The notes under the pieces: generated by a model | Database searches by the model: none | What the model was told of the DNA's origin: nothing | The model's input: the letters and a program-made list of their open reading frames with translations, nothing else | Part shown: piece after piece, positions 9,001 to 13,976 of the stretch | How positions within the stretch are numbered: the first letter of the stretch is position 1 | Layout of the letters: each line of letters opens with the position of its first letter | Translations under genes and position numbers: made by a program | Assembly: GCA_043803945.1 (NCBI GenBank) | Contig: JAZDJN010000116.1 | Location: 1-21,730 of the forward strand | Origin: a bacterium | Lineage (GTDB): Bacteria; Bacteroidota; Ignavibacteria; UBA10030 | Length of the DNA stretch: 21,730 nt | Direction: 5' to 3'

Positions 9001-10284
9001 TGCGAACAAATAACCATTCGACTTTGCTGCAAATGCAAAAACCCAGGGCCATTGCCCCGATGAAAGGTTGAGCGTTGCCTGTGTCCATGTTGCTCCTTCA
9101 TCTGTCGACCGGAATATTCCAGACTGGGAACCGGCAAAAACGTGTCCGTCTGCATTCGTCCCCATTGCTTCGGTGTAGAGTTGGTTCAATCCTGTATTCG
9201 CATGGTACCAACTTCCACCGCCATCCGTCGAACGCGCGACTCCATCCCCATAGACACCGGCAAAGAGATGGCCGTTGGGAGTGGTGACAGTAGCATAGAC
9301 GACGGTAGCCTTCAATGGAACTTCAGTCCAATTATCGGCATTGTCGGTAGAGCGAAAGATGCCACCGCTGGTTCCTGCATAAATAGTCCCGCTCGAATTC
9401 ACGAGGAGGTCAAACGTGAGGGGGCTGGCAAGACCGGTGCTTGTCGTTGTCCAGTGTTCACCGTTATCCGTCGAGCGAAAAATTCCTCCAACAGCACCGG
9501 AGGCAGTACTTGCGAAGAGAACACCAGATGAATTGAAGGCGAGGCTCGTAACATTCGTGAGAGTTAAACCGGTGTTAATTTGAGTCCATGTGTCGCCATT
9601 ATCCGTAGAACGAGAGACGCCATAGTTCCCGCTGCCGATAAAAAGATGTCCGCTTGAGTTGAAAGCTGTCGAATTCACATAATCATACACTGTGCCTGTC
9701 CTTACCTTCACCCAACTATCCCCATCGTCCTGCGATCGGAAGACACGACCACTGTCACTGCCCGCGAAGATAGTTCCACTGGAGTTGACAGCAACCGAGT
9801 AAAAAGTACCGTTCAGCAATCCTGCGCCTACCTGAGTCCAATGTCCACCGTTATCGGTTGATCGAAAAACTCCCTCACGCATTCCAGCGAAGAGATACCC
9901 GTTTGTATGAATTGCTAAAGATTGGATAGACATGTTGCCGGGAAATCCTGTATTCACCTGAGTCCATGTTATACCATTGTCTGTGGATCGCTGCACACCC
10001 CAACTTCCGCAGAAGACGTGGCCGGAAGAGTTAATCGCGATTGCCTCGATCCCTTGCATTGACACGCGTGCCCATGAGGTACCGCCATCTGTCGAACGAA
10101 GCAGTCCGCTGTAGGCACCAGCGGCGAACAAGCGGCCGTCTGCATCAATTGCCAGTGACCTGAACACACCTCCGGAAGGTCCACTTGTCTGCTGCCAGAT
10201 GCTTGACTGAGCGCTAAGCGTGGTGAAAATAGAAAGAAGGGTGACAATACAAAGAGCAATGCGATGAATGGACGAACGTGTCAT
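1..10284 (-). CDS. Giant secreted multidomain surface protein, >=3428 aa, 3'-truncated by the window edge (signal peptide, Asp-box propellers, 2 CBM20-like, FN3, NHL-like propeller, LamG, FN3, Ig-like, FG-GAP propeller + ASPIC/UnbV, beta-helix, LamG, 2 FN3, NHL-like propeller, unknown domain)
   Basis: Manual translation from ATG at 10284 (RBS TAAGGAGG upstream) found no stop down to position 1. N-terminus MTRSSIHRIALCIVTLLSIFTTLSAQ is a Sec-type signal peptide. Recognisable domain motifs occur throughout in the same frame. Absent from the ORF track because there is no stop in the window. Confidence 0.95.
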   Translation of the reverse strand, partial: MTRSSIHRIALCIVTLLSIFTTLSAQSSIWQQTSGPSGGVFRSLAIDADGRLFAAGAYSGLLRSTDGGTSWARVSMQGIEAIAINSSGHVFCGSWGVQRSTDNGITWTQVNTGFPGNMSIQSLAIHTNGYLFAGMREGVFRSTDNGGHWTQVGAGLLNGTFYSVAVNSSGTIFAGSDSGRVFRSQDDGDSWVKVRTGTVYDYVNSTAFNSSGHLFIGSGNYGVSRSTDNGDTWTQINTGLTLTNVTSLAFNSSGVLFASTASGAVGGIFRSTDNGEHWTTTSTGLASPLTFDLLVNSSGTIYAGTSGGIFRSTDNADNWTEVPLKATVVYATVTTPNGHLFAGVYGDGVARSTDGGGSWYHANTGLNQLYTEAMGTNADGHVFAGSQSGIFRSTDEGATWTQATLNLSSGQWPWVFAFAAKSNGYLFAGGQVFLNGNYTSAIFRSTDNGANWTQVGTGLTGEAIRTLAINWNGDLFAGATEGTPSFRGIIFRSTDNGVTWTQLSTFFPAQVRSLVINWPNSIFAGTAGSGVYLSTNSGSSWNQVNTGLLNTDIRALAIDSSWCVYSGSGGGVFRSIDNGATWIQTNNGLTNLNVLSLLIHTSGFVYAGTSCGGVFKATIPPRPVNVTFTANTSTVPDTLKPNSFIQIRGNILYLGPWNETSQGIMTNIGGDYWRKTILLTPGDTLQYKYFTHVANPLPTGQQNNGWETDLQVVNPTTNNRVLIVGAADTTLPLEFVNGRTPQPQYWKPYVDQPDSIDVYFRVNMQVKGFTQAGQLVGVRGGGNTLGYYGKTFILRKESPRPNVSNPYDGSNFWSGSIRFPVSEFVDNISYKFVIVDADDPNANVVATDSWRSIPTKASPKDTTLYWKWWNDTPLNLTIPAIPTLTSPSTGYIDQPVQMSLFWNTVVGAGSYQVQVATDAGFAALMMDMTTTGTSVNTPTLASLTTYYWRVKAINSVGGSNWSEVRNFKTRLIINPSVSLQWNFAKTFYSTPLNTMGVHGIAVDPSGKVWIAPYGATDSIFVGGVYKKIRALYILNPDGSSVGFSPIRTITVSSITDTLYNSGRGLTTDQNGNILYSSGDALYRFNYQTGEGMNKVIPQAGVTLTSVARDAAGNIFIGHVNISNPLRIYDTNFNFAGTVFGASTGFSRTIAVSANGNDVYWPEYSNMKLYQYHSDNGAAGPYTKLDSISGFVTESMAWQKSTGLLWFSTGYDIFPPNLPYPIQTWYGYNVTTKQIIDSIGWDQFAGSSSARPRGIAFSQTGDTAYVACFNVDNGAVQMFVRSTIPQPTLAGEYKPDANTILLMHMNEPGGSFVNDASGHGNYGTANGTTIGDGRFDKARSFNGTSDVIDLGKPLLSASAPTYTFEAWIKADRFTATAGDIFFNGLSLESFVSINPGGKLMMGVRMSNGDLRYDSSQTAISLGVWTHCAGIYDYANGRIIGYINGVQVFNKNVAGLTPSSSSSSNTIIGGGGSNYIYSGLIDEVRLSNRVRSPQEFDLHLPPQNLALEISGTTVNLTWQDGGGLVGLLKYRIYRGRHPGSFALFDSTTSPAYADLNVPVGSVYYYRVSSLDSTGFEAMSSNFVATGNRSLTLTAPNGWDNWKFGTQQNITWSSSAVDNVRLEYSLDNGLTWSEITASTPGGTGSFAWTIPNVLSTRCRIRISEVVDGTLNDVSDNMFRINRSTALFMPSDDNLGITTSFGQFGCAWGDYDNDGDLDLFIPGQAKPNVLYRNDGGSHFTDVAVSMGIAGPYNRAAFGAVWADFDNDGDLDLLITDGGLRLFRNDITSFTDISAQSGVSTIDAGVALWQVTAGDYDKDGDLDVAFAGANALALPVRILRNNGSAVFTEVAGSTIAPSIPNLESWNPAWVDVDNDGDLDLWMPTIRTPNYGCALLLNQGGQLVLSDSNATGLKARSAITSSWGDFDNDGDMDLFLIPWTGDNDGVAKLFRNNGNGTFTDIAGSVGLASAFSSSRGTYWGDYDNDGDLDLVIGAQSNGIQQLYRNDNGTFVEVGSETGAGFIGAYRSAVFVDYDTDGVLDLYFNEGVSYSGSPSKLPLHNSGNSNHWIGIKPKGIFNNTAGIGARITIVTGAMRQVRDIQAGAGGITNGDLWAHFGLGSAATVDTVIIRWPKGNVNIYTNLAIDQYHTLTEPGNVLRLPPYNISAKYLNQQIADDTLASGKLPSRVYELQRGGLYLANAVFINSGNWTLRLRANDSSTTKKPVIMLFPAYAGSTPWNPPGNLFQLNGNLELKNLEITGYYELVDTNRWNMQGALINIPSTMSGLNITIDSCILSNTNGNHIRTDGAASVIKVTNTIFANMGYLGRSNLGAGKAIDLRNSPCDSLILVNNTFTNWQDRIVRHYPASGASSTGVLGYFLFDHNTLVNGMSFHGLLSLGTLGSNAIIINNLFLDAFALGNDTDPTRQAEYIPSGELDQSGNPRMSWIFSYPTSTTLWTIANNYYGISDSGQAFFNQFASAGVTGEGAPLTWHINSKLGADSVNAFKKIPVTLNKVPALMTQEMRWYRDPTGGNKSKNTPGAWVYGSASDPNDYDRKGYTWLRDSLNCSYSTVSTAYAGGTGGFPAGDLNWFPTRKQSWPGLIMPEGPMTLAGEYKPDANTVFLLHMNEASGPTVMDASGYGNNGTFGFGSLVPAKMGNGYLPATSNGIYVQSFIPAGLGEHFTIEAWVKLSAAPAGVWTFLCAAGARLHVNPDLSVMFGLTLSDGSIGGGLSSNAAALSMNKWYHLAGTFGNRVGTLYLNGRQLASQTYSQGVKMISWGVLIGFQNSPYIFPGIIDEIRISNIARTPQQFNLHLAPQNLTASTSGTTVNLSWQDAGGGIGLFKYRIYRGSDSINVSLIDSTTQTTYENTGVTEGTIYVYRVGAVDSTGFENMSYARASGIPAPPALLAPANASTGVLIPFNLTWNASIGAQSYRIQISSTQDFSTILYDQANLTSTSLLITPAGNTAYYWRVSAVNSAGASGWSTIYSFTTQNILPPPVSRTWQFIKTFFNSTTGSLGIQGLAVDPEGKVWVSPYGASDSILVGSVYLKTRVLYVFYPNGTQAPFSPIKMITVGGVTDTLYNSSRGLTTDHQGNILYSSSIVLYRIDYKTGQGLNKVTPQSNVTLTAAAADISGNIFIGKVTPGYSIQVFNSGFTALGNVETATTGYSRSIGVTRDGKDVFWPEYQYTKALIRYHSDNGAVGPYTKMENLFDGLAIESMTRHPITGYLWVSSGSDMNPPVPPYTKQTWYAFDPITKQIVDTLGWNMISGTEQYRPRGIAFSPTGDTCYIGCSSFDGPVVQMFIRSTLPPPASWNFAQSTGKNATIAVPFAINPKIATSPLKTGDAIGVFFQRDNDLVCAGYSIWQEGQNAAIAVWGDNDQTTTLKDGFNEGELIQFKIWDGQAGKEYPATVTYQSGPGVNYQTNGIYALSSLVGITS
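390..1612 (-). repeat. FN3 + NHL-like beta-propeller, copy B
   Basis: AYYWRVSAVNSAGASGWS, QGLAVDPEGKVWVSPYG, DTLYNSSRGLTTDHQGNILY, YHSDNGAVGPYTK, RPRGIAFSPTGDTCY, VQMFIRST. Confidence 0.85.
1625..2490 (-). repeat. LamG + FN3, copy B
   Basis: TLAGEYKPDANTVFLLHMNE, FTIEAWVK, KWYHLAGTF, YLNGRQL, GIIDEIRISNIART, APQNL...VNLSWQD...KYRIYRG...VYRVGAVDSTGFE. Confidence 0.88.
2520..3835 (-). other. Probable right-handed beta-helix (pectin-lyase-like fold) module within the giant CDS
   Basis: Asn-ladder-type strands ITIDSCILSN, VTNTIFAN, LVNNTFTN, FDHNTLVN, IINNLFLD, IANNYY; ends in GFPAGDLNWFP. Fold is inferred. Confidence 0.6.
3845..5200 (-). repeat. Seven FG-GAP/VCBS Ca-binding repeats followed by an ASPIC/UnbV domain (CRTAC1-like unit)
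   Basis: Seven DxDxDGxxD motifs (WGDYDNDGDLDL, WADFDNDGDLDL, GDYDKDGDLDV, WVDVDNDGDLDL, WGDFDNDGDMDL, WGDYDNDGDLDL, FVDYDTDGVLDL), then NHWIGI...GIGARITI...AHFGLG...VDTVIIRWPKG. Confidence 0.92.
5545..6425 (-). repeat. LamG/concanavalin-like + FN3, copy A (paralog of 1625-2490)
   Basis: TLAGEYKPDANTILLMHMNE, YTFEAWIK, VWTHCAGIYD, YINGVQV, GLIDEVRLSNRVRS, then PPQNL...VNLTWQD...KYRIYRG...YYYRVSSLDSTGFE. Confidence 0.88.
6440..7655 (-). repeat. FN3 + NHL/SMP30-like beta-propeller, copy A (paralog of 390-1612)
   Basis: TTYYWRVKAINSVGGSNWS (FN3), then HGIAVDPSGKVWIAPYG, DTLYNSGRGLTTDQNGNILY, YHSDNGAAGPYTK, RPRGIAFSQTGDTAY, VQMFVRST. Confidence 0.85.
7680..8420 (-). other. Two tandem CBM20-like (starch-binding-type) beta-sandwich modules within the giant CDS
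   Basis: VNVTFTAN...IQIRGNILYLGPWN...GDYWRKTILLTPGDTLQYKY...WET and DVYFRVNM...LVGVRGG...FWSGSIRF...YKFVI resemble the CBM20 pattern (V-x-F...G...LG-x-W...W...YKY/F). Family call is by resemblance. Confidence 0.55.
8435..10200 (-). repeat. Asp-box/BNR repeats within the giant CDS (13 S-x-D/N-x-G-x-x-W type motifs, probably two beta-propellers)
   Basis: Repeated units of about 40-48 aa such as GVFRSTDNGGHW, GVSRSTDNGDTW, GIFRSTDEGATW, GVFRSIDNGATW. Boundaries approximate. Confidence 0.9.
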
Positions 10285-10403
10285 GACACAATCCTCCTTA
10301 AGAAAAGATTCAAAAAAGCTTCCAACTTCTCCAACATCATCCCAACGGGATTCTCTTGCACGAAAACAAGAACTATGTCGAATAGTTGTGTGGCGCTATA
10401 ATC

Positions 10404-10508
10404 TCAGAAAAGTGGTTTGGAAAGAAACTGAAGATTACGATGGTGGGCGGTGAATATTGTGCATTGTGTACTGCACGTAAGAATCTGAAAGGATTGTCGA
10501 TGAATCAT
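10404..10508 (-). CDS. Possible 34-aa upstream/leader ORF (MIHRQSFQILTCSTQCTIFTAHHRNLQFLSKPLF)
   Basis: ATG at 10508 preceded by AAAGGGGA; lies inside the predicted 5' leader of the giant gene; no recognisable homology. Confidence 0.25.
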   Translation of the reverse strand: MIHRQSFQILTCSTQCTIFTAHHRNLQFLSKPLF

Positions 10509-10542
10509 GACGCCCATCCCCTTTAGTGGGAAACGGAATGTT

Positions 10543-10562
10543 CTGTAGTTGTTGAACTACAG
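10543..10562. promoter_or_regulatory. Perfect palindrome CTGTAGTT-N4-AACTACAG at the predicted transcription start (candidate operator or 5' hairpin)
   Basis: 8-bp perfect inverted repeat 5 nt downstream of the minus-strand -10 box. Confidence 0.5.
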
Positions 10563-10567
10563 TGCGC

Positions 10568-10596
10568 AATGTAGAGAATTTGTTCAGTAGTGTCAA
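10568..10596 (-). promoter_or_regulatory. sigma70-type promoter for the giant gene
   Basis: TTGACA (10596-10591), 17-nt spacer, TACATT (10573-10568). Confidence 0.7.
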
Positions 10597-10765
10597 CGAC
10601 TGGAATCACGCCTGGATATTGGTAAATAGTAGCGGTGAATTACTTAATACCTAAGGGATACCAGCGGCCCTGAAGCGTTTATCAACCATCTTTATTGTGA
10701 GTAACTAATTCGGCAACTCCGAAATTTGTTGAGTCACTGTGAATTGCGTAAGCAATTCAAATCCA

Positions 10766-10794
10766 TTGCATATCGGAAAAAATCGAATTATACT
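10766..10794 (+). promoter_or_regulatory. sigma70-type promoter for the DHS-like/ODC genes
   Basis: TTGCAT (10766-10771), 17-nt spacer, TATACT (10789-10794). Confidence 0.7.
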
Positions 10795-10820
10795 TTGTCC
10801 GTAATTGCTCAGTAAGACCT

Positions 10821-10948
10821 CCACGGATGAAACACCGATTTGCCCCGTTCAACGGGGTGAACACAGATAATGATTTTATGTGTTATTTCTTCGAACCAGA
10901 TCTAATACTGCTTCCTTTTCTCAGTGATTTTCAGTGTGCCATCGGTGG
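10821..10948. repeat. Degenerate REP/MITE-like inverted repeat with an inner 15-nt palindrome
   Basis: Left arm CCACGGATGAAACACCGAT...GAACACAGA is imperfectly complementary to TCAGTGATTTTCAGTGTGCCATCGGTGG. CCCCGTT-C-AACGGGG at 10843-10857 interrupts the left arm. Confidence 0.5.
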
Positions 10949-11147
10949 TTAAATTTGACTCGAAATTGCCGTTCGTACAACTATCAGGATGCTGAACAAA
11001 GATAGCCGCCAAAACGCCAAGAGCGCCATGATGATAATTACATTACATTTTTAATCGGATACGAGCACCTCTGCTCGCCTATTTCTAGATCGGCAAGAAA
11101 GAAAACAAAACCTTTTTTCTAAAAAGCAGCACGAGAAAGGAATAATC

Positions 11148-12335
11148 ATGGAACACCACCACAAAAAAGAATGTCCCGGAAAGGATAAATATTTATCAGG
11201 AAAGCGGGTACTCCCAAAGCCAATTACCAAGAAGAGCACCATCGCCTCCGTCATCGACAACCTGGACGCTTATAATGGCGGAAGATTACGTGCAGCTTGT
11301 CAATTGATGCGTGATCATTATTCGAAAAAGGATGTCACAATCGGCTTGAGCATTGCCGGCGCATTGACCCCTGCCGGACTCGGCCCCTCCACCATTATTC
11401 CGCTGATGAATCATGGATTTGTGGACTGGTTTGTCGCCACAGGTGCGAATATGTACCATGACCTCCACTTTGCCTTCAACATGCCGATGTTCCGCGGCAG
11501 TCACAATGTCGACGATGCCGATTTACGCGACAAGGGTGTTACCAGAATCTATGATATCCTCTTCGACTATGAGGATGTCCTCATGGCAACAGACCGCATC
11601 CTGCGGAAGATCATGCTGCGCCCCGAGTTCCAGAAAGAAATGGGAACGCGGGAATTCTACCACCACCTGGGAAAAGTGGTAAATGATATTGAGCGAAAAA
11701 ACAAATTAGGAGAGGTCAGCGTCCTTGCGGCGGCATACCGAAACGGTATTCCCGTCTTTACTTCATCACCGGGCGATTCGACCATCGGCATGAACGTCGC
11801 CGGCCTTGAACTCCTCGCCGAAGCAAAAGGACTCAAAGACTATTTTAAATTGAAGATCAATCCGAGTATCGATGTCAACGATTCAACCGCAATCATCCTG
11901 AACGCCAAGAAGTATGAAAACAGCAAGACCGGCGTGCTCCTCATCGGCGGCGGCAGCCCGAAGAATTTCCTGCTCCAGACCGAGCCGCAGATTCAGGAAG
12001 TGCTGATGATACCGGAGGCAGGACAGGACTACGACATCAATATCACCGATGCACGCCCTGATACCGGCGGACTTTCCGGCGCCCCGCCAAGTGAAGCAGC
12101 AAGCTGGGGAAAGATCGATCCGACCAAATTGGACGAAACGGTCACTGCGTACATCGATGTGACAGTCGCATTTCCCTTGTTAACGGCCTACGTCATCCAG
12201 ACGACGAAACCAAAGAAACTGAAACGGTTGTATGAACGCGGAGATGAGCTGCGTCAGAAGTTGATCAAATCGTATCTCGAGAATAATCAGGAAGTCGGCG
12301 AGCTCAGCGGTATGATGAAGCAGCTCCCGCGCTAA
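11148..12335 (+). CDS. speY: Deoxyhypusine synthase-like protein (SpeY-type, probable homospermidine synthase)
   Basis: 395 aa. Motifs AGALTPAG, TGANMYHD, DSTIG, GGGSPKNF and DTGGLSGAPPSEAASWGKI with the imine-forming Lys of DHS. AAGGA RBS. Confidence 0.88.
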   Translation: MEHHHKKECPGKDKYLSGKRVLPKPITKKSTIASVIDNLDAYNGGRLRAACQLMRDHYSKKDVTIGLSIAGALTPAGLGPSTIIPLMNHGFVDWFVATGANMYHDLHFAFNMPMFRGSHNVDDADLRDKGVTRIYDILFDYEDVLMATDRILRKIMLRPEFQKEMGTREFYHHLGKVVNDIERKNKLGEVSVLAAAYRNGIPVFTSSPGDSTIGMNVAGLELLAEAKGLKDYFKLKINPSIDVNDSTAIILNAKKYENSKTGVLLIGGGSPKNFLLQTEPQIQEVLMIPEAGQDYDINITDARPDTGGLSGAPPSEAASWGKIDPTKLDETVTAYIDVTVAFPLLTAYVIQTTKPKKLKRLYERGDELRQKLIKSYLENNQEVGELSGMMKQLPR

Positions 12336-12347
12336 AAGATATGCAAG

Positions 12348-12390
12348 CCTTCCGAAGGTCATTCTGGAATCTCATAGAACCTTCGGAAGG
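12348..12390. repeat. REP-like inverted repeat between the DHS-like gene and ODC
   Basis: CCTTCCGAAGGT (12348-12359) and ACCTTCGGAAGG (12379-12390) are perfect 12-bp complements; each arm is itself a small palindrome (CCTT-NNN-AAGG). Confidence 0.7.
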
Positions 12391-12429
12391 TCGCTCATTA
12401 TTTTCACTTGCATGAGGAATAGACCTGCG

Positions 12430-13563
12430 ATGAAAAAAGAACTGCTTACGTCGGTGGAGGAGCATGGCACTCCGTTATTCATCCTCGATCACAACATCCT
12501 CCGGGAAAATTACAGAACATTCAAGACACATCTTCCGCGGGTGCAGTGTTATTATGCAGTCAAGGCAAACTCCACCCAGCAGATCGTCGAGACTCTCTTC
12601 AAGGAGGGATCAAGCTTCGACGTCGCCTCGTATAATGAATTCATGCAGGTATACAAGTATATTAAAAACTTCGATAAAGATGAAAAGAAGCGCTTTGTCT
12701 GGGACAAGATAATCTTTTCGAACACCATAAAAGACCGTGCAACGCTGAGCAAGATCAAACAATACAAACCGCTCGTCACGTACGATAACATCGCCGAGTT
12801 GAAAAAACTGAAGGAGTATTGCGATACCGCAGGGCTTGTGGTTCGCCTGAAGGTTCCCGATACCGGCTCGCAGGTGGAGATGGCGTCAAAATTCGGAGCT
12901 GACCCATCCGATGCACAACAACTGATTCAGCAGGCGTTCGATATGGGATTAAACGTTGAAGGCATCAGCTTCCACGTCGGTAGTCAATGCACTCACTTTG
13001 ACAACTATGTTGCTGCGCTGGCACTCACGTCGGAAATATTTCATGACGCCCGGAAGAAGGGCTTTAACTTAAACCTGATCGACATTGGCGGCGGATTCCC
13101 GGTACCATACGATCCACAGGTCCCTGAGTTCCAGAAGCTGGCTGCTCTCTTGAATGCAGAATTCAAACGCTTGTTCCCCGACGATATCGAAATTCTCGCC
13201 GAACCAGGGCGCTTTATTGTTGCCACAGCGGCAACCCTTGTCTCGGAGATAATCGGCAAGGCACGTCGCGACGGTAAAATATTTTACCACATCAACGACG
13301 GTGTGTACCATACATTTTCGGGCGTCGTCTACGATCATTGGATCCCCAACTTCAGTGCGTTTAAAGAAGGAGAACATGAAATTTGCGCTGTGGTCGGACC
13401 AACATGCGACAGCTTCGATAAGATTACGCTTTCCGCAGAGTTGCCGGCAAATTTGGAAGTCGGCGATTACCTGTACACAGAAAACATCGGCGCATACAGC
13501 ACAGCATCATCAACCAAGTTTAACGGCTTCGACGGCGCGAAGATTATCCATACAAGTTTTTAG
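12430..13563 (+). CDS. Fold-type III PLP decarboxylase, ornithine (or lysine/ornithine) decarboxylase
   Basis: YAVKAN (PLP Lys), FDVAS, SKFGA, FHVGSQ, DIGGGFP, AEPGRF, YDH specificity element, GPTCDSFD, GAYS. Start 12430 is preferred over 12412 because GAGGA at 12414-12418 can serve as RBS. Confidence 0.9.
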   Translation: MKKELLTSVEEHGTPLFILDHNILRENYRTFKTHLPRVQCYYAVKANSTQQIVETLFKEGSSFDVASYNEFMQVYKYIKNFDKDEKKRFVWDKIIFSNTIKDRATLSKIKQYKPLVTYDNIAELKKLKEYCDTAGLVVRLKVPDTGSQVEMASKFGADPSDAQQLIQQAFDMGLNVEGISFHVGSQCTHFDNYVAALALTSEIFHDARKKGFNLNLIDIGGGFPVPYDPQVPEFQKLAALLNAEFKRLFPDDIEILAEPGRFIVATAATLVSEIIGKARRDGKIFYHINDGVYHTFSGVVYDHWIPNFSAFKEGEHEICAVVGPTCDSFDKITLSAELPANLEVGDYLYTENIGAYSTASSTKFNGFDGAKIIHTSF

Positions 13564-13594
13564 GTTACACCAAGGTTATCCAAAATATACATTC

Positions 13595-13901
13595 TAGTGC
13601 GAAGGCGTCCCCGCCGAGCATAAAAAATTTTCCTAATGCCCTCGGCGACCTGCCCGTCTTCTAGAACTGTGAATGACCGCTGTCAAAGACGGCGGCTTCC
13701 AAAAGAAAACGCAAAGTCATTCCGTGATGCTTCAACACGGAATCCAGATCAAAGAAATCATTTGATTTCTGATCTGCTGTCCGGTATCAATGCGTTCTCT
13801 CTTAAACGCAAGAGAGGCATAGCCATATGTACATAACCACCGTCAGAGACGGTGGGTTTCTACGCTTTACTAAACGAGCAGGCGGGGACGCCTTCGGGCT
13901 A
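13595..13901. repeat. Nested palindrome cluster (REP/BIME- or MITE-like)
   Basis: Outer perfect 16-bp IR CGAAGGCGTCCCCGCC (13600-13615) / GGCGGGGACGCCTTCG (13881-13896) encloses at least five hairpins. Confidence 0.75.
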
Positions 13902-13976
13902 ATGCTTTAATTACTTTTTGGTCTACCTCATTCGGTTTTCACTTCTCCCCCGCACAATCTTTTACTATCTTCCTCT

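Noticed and set aside
8435-10200. Calling the Asp-box region a sialidase or GH74 xyloglucanase
   Set aside because: No FRIP/Arg-triad or other catalytic signature seen; the regular repeats support only a propeller fold.
159-10259. About 40 short ORFs listed in the track on both strands
   Set aside because: They are antisense or off-frame shadows of the single giant minus-strand CDS, with no motifs of their own.
11148-12335. True eIF5A/EF-P hypusination system
   Set aside because: No eIF5A/EF-P or deoxyhypusine hydroxylase gene nearby; the ODC neighbour favours polyamine synthesis.
13636-13836. 66-aa ORF inside the hairpin cluster
   Set aside because: No RBS or protein motif; the sequence is explained by palindromes.
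13595-13901. CRISPR array, tRNA or integron attC sites
   Set aside because: No regularly spaced identical repeats, no cloverleaf or T-loop motif, no cas or integrase gene, and no clear RYYYAAC/GTTRRRY ends.
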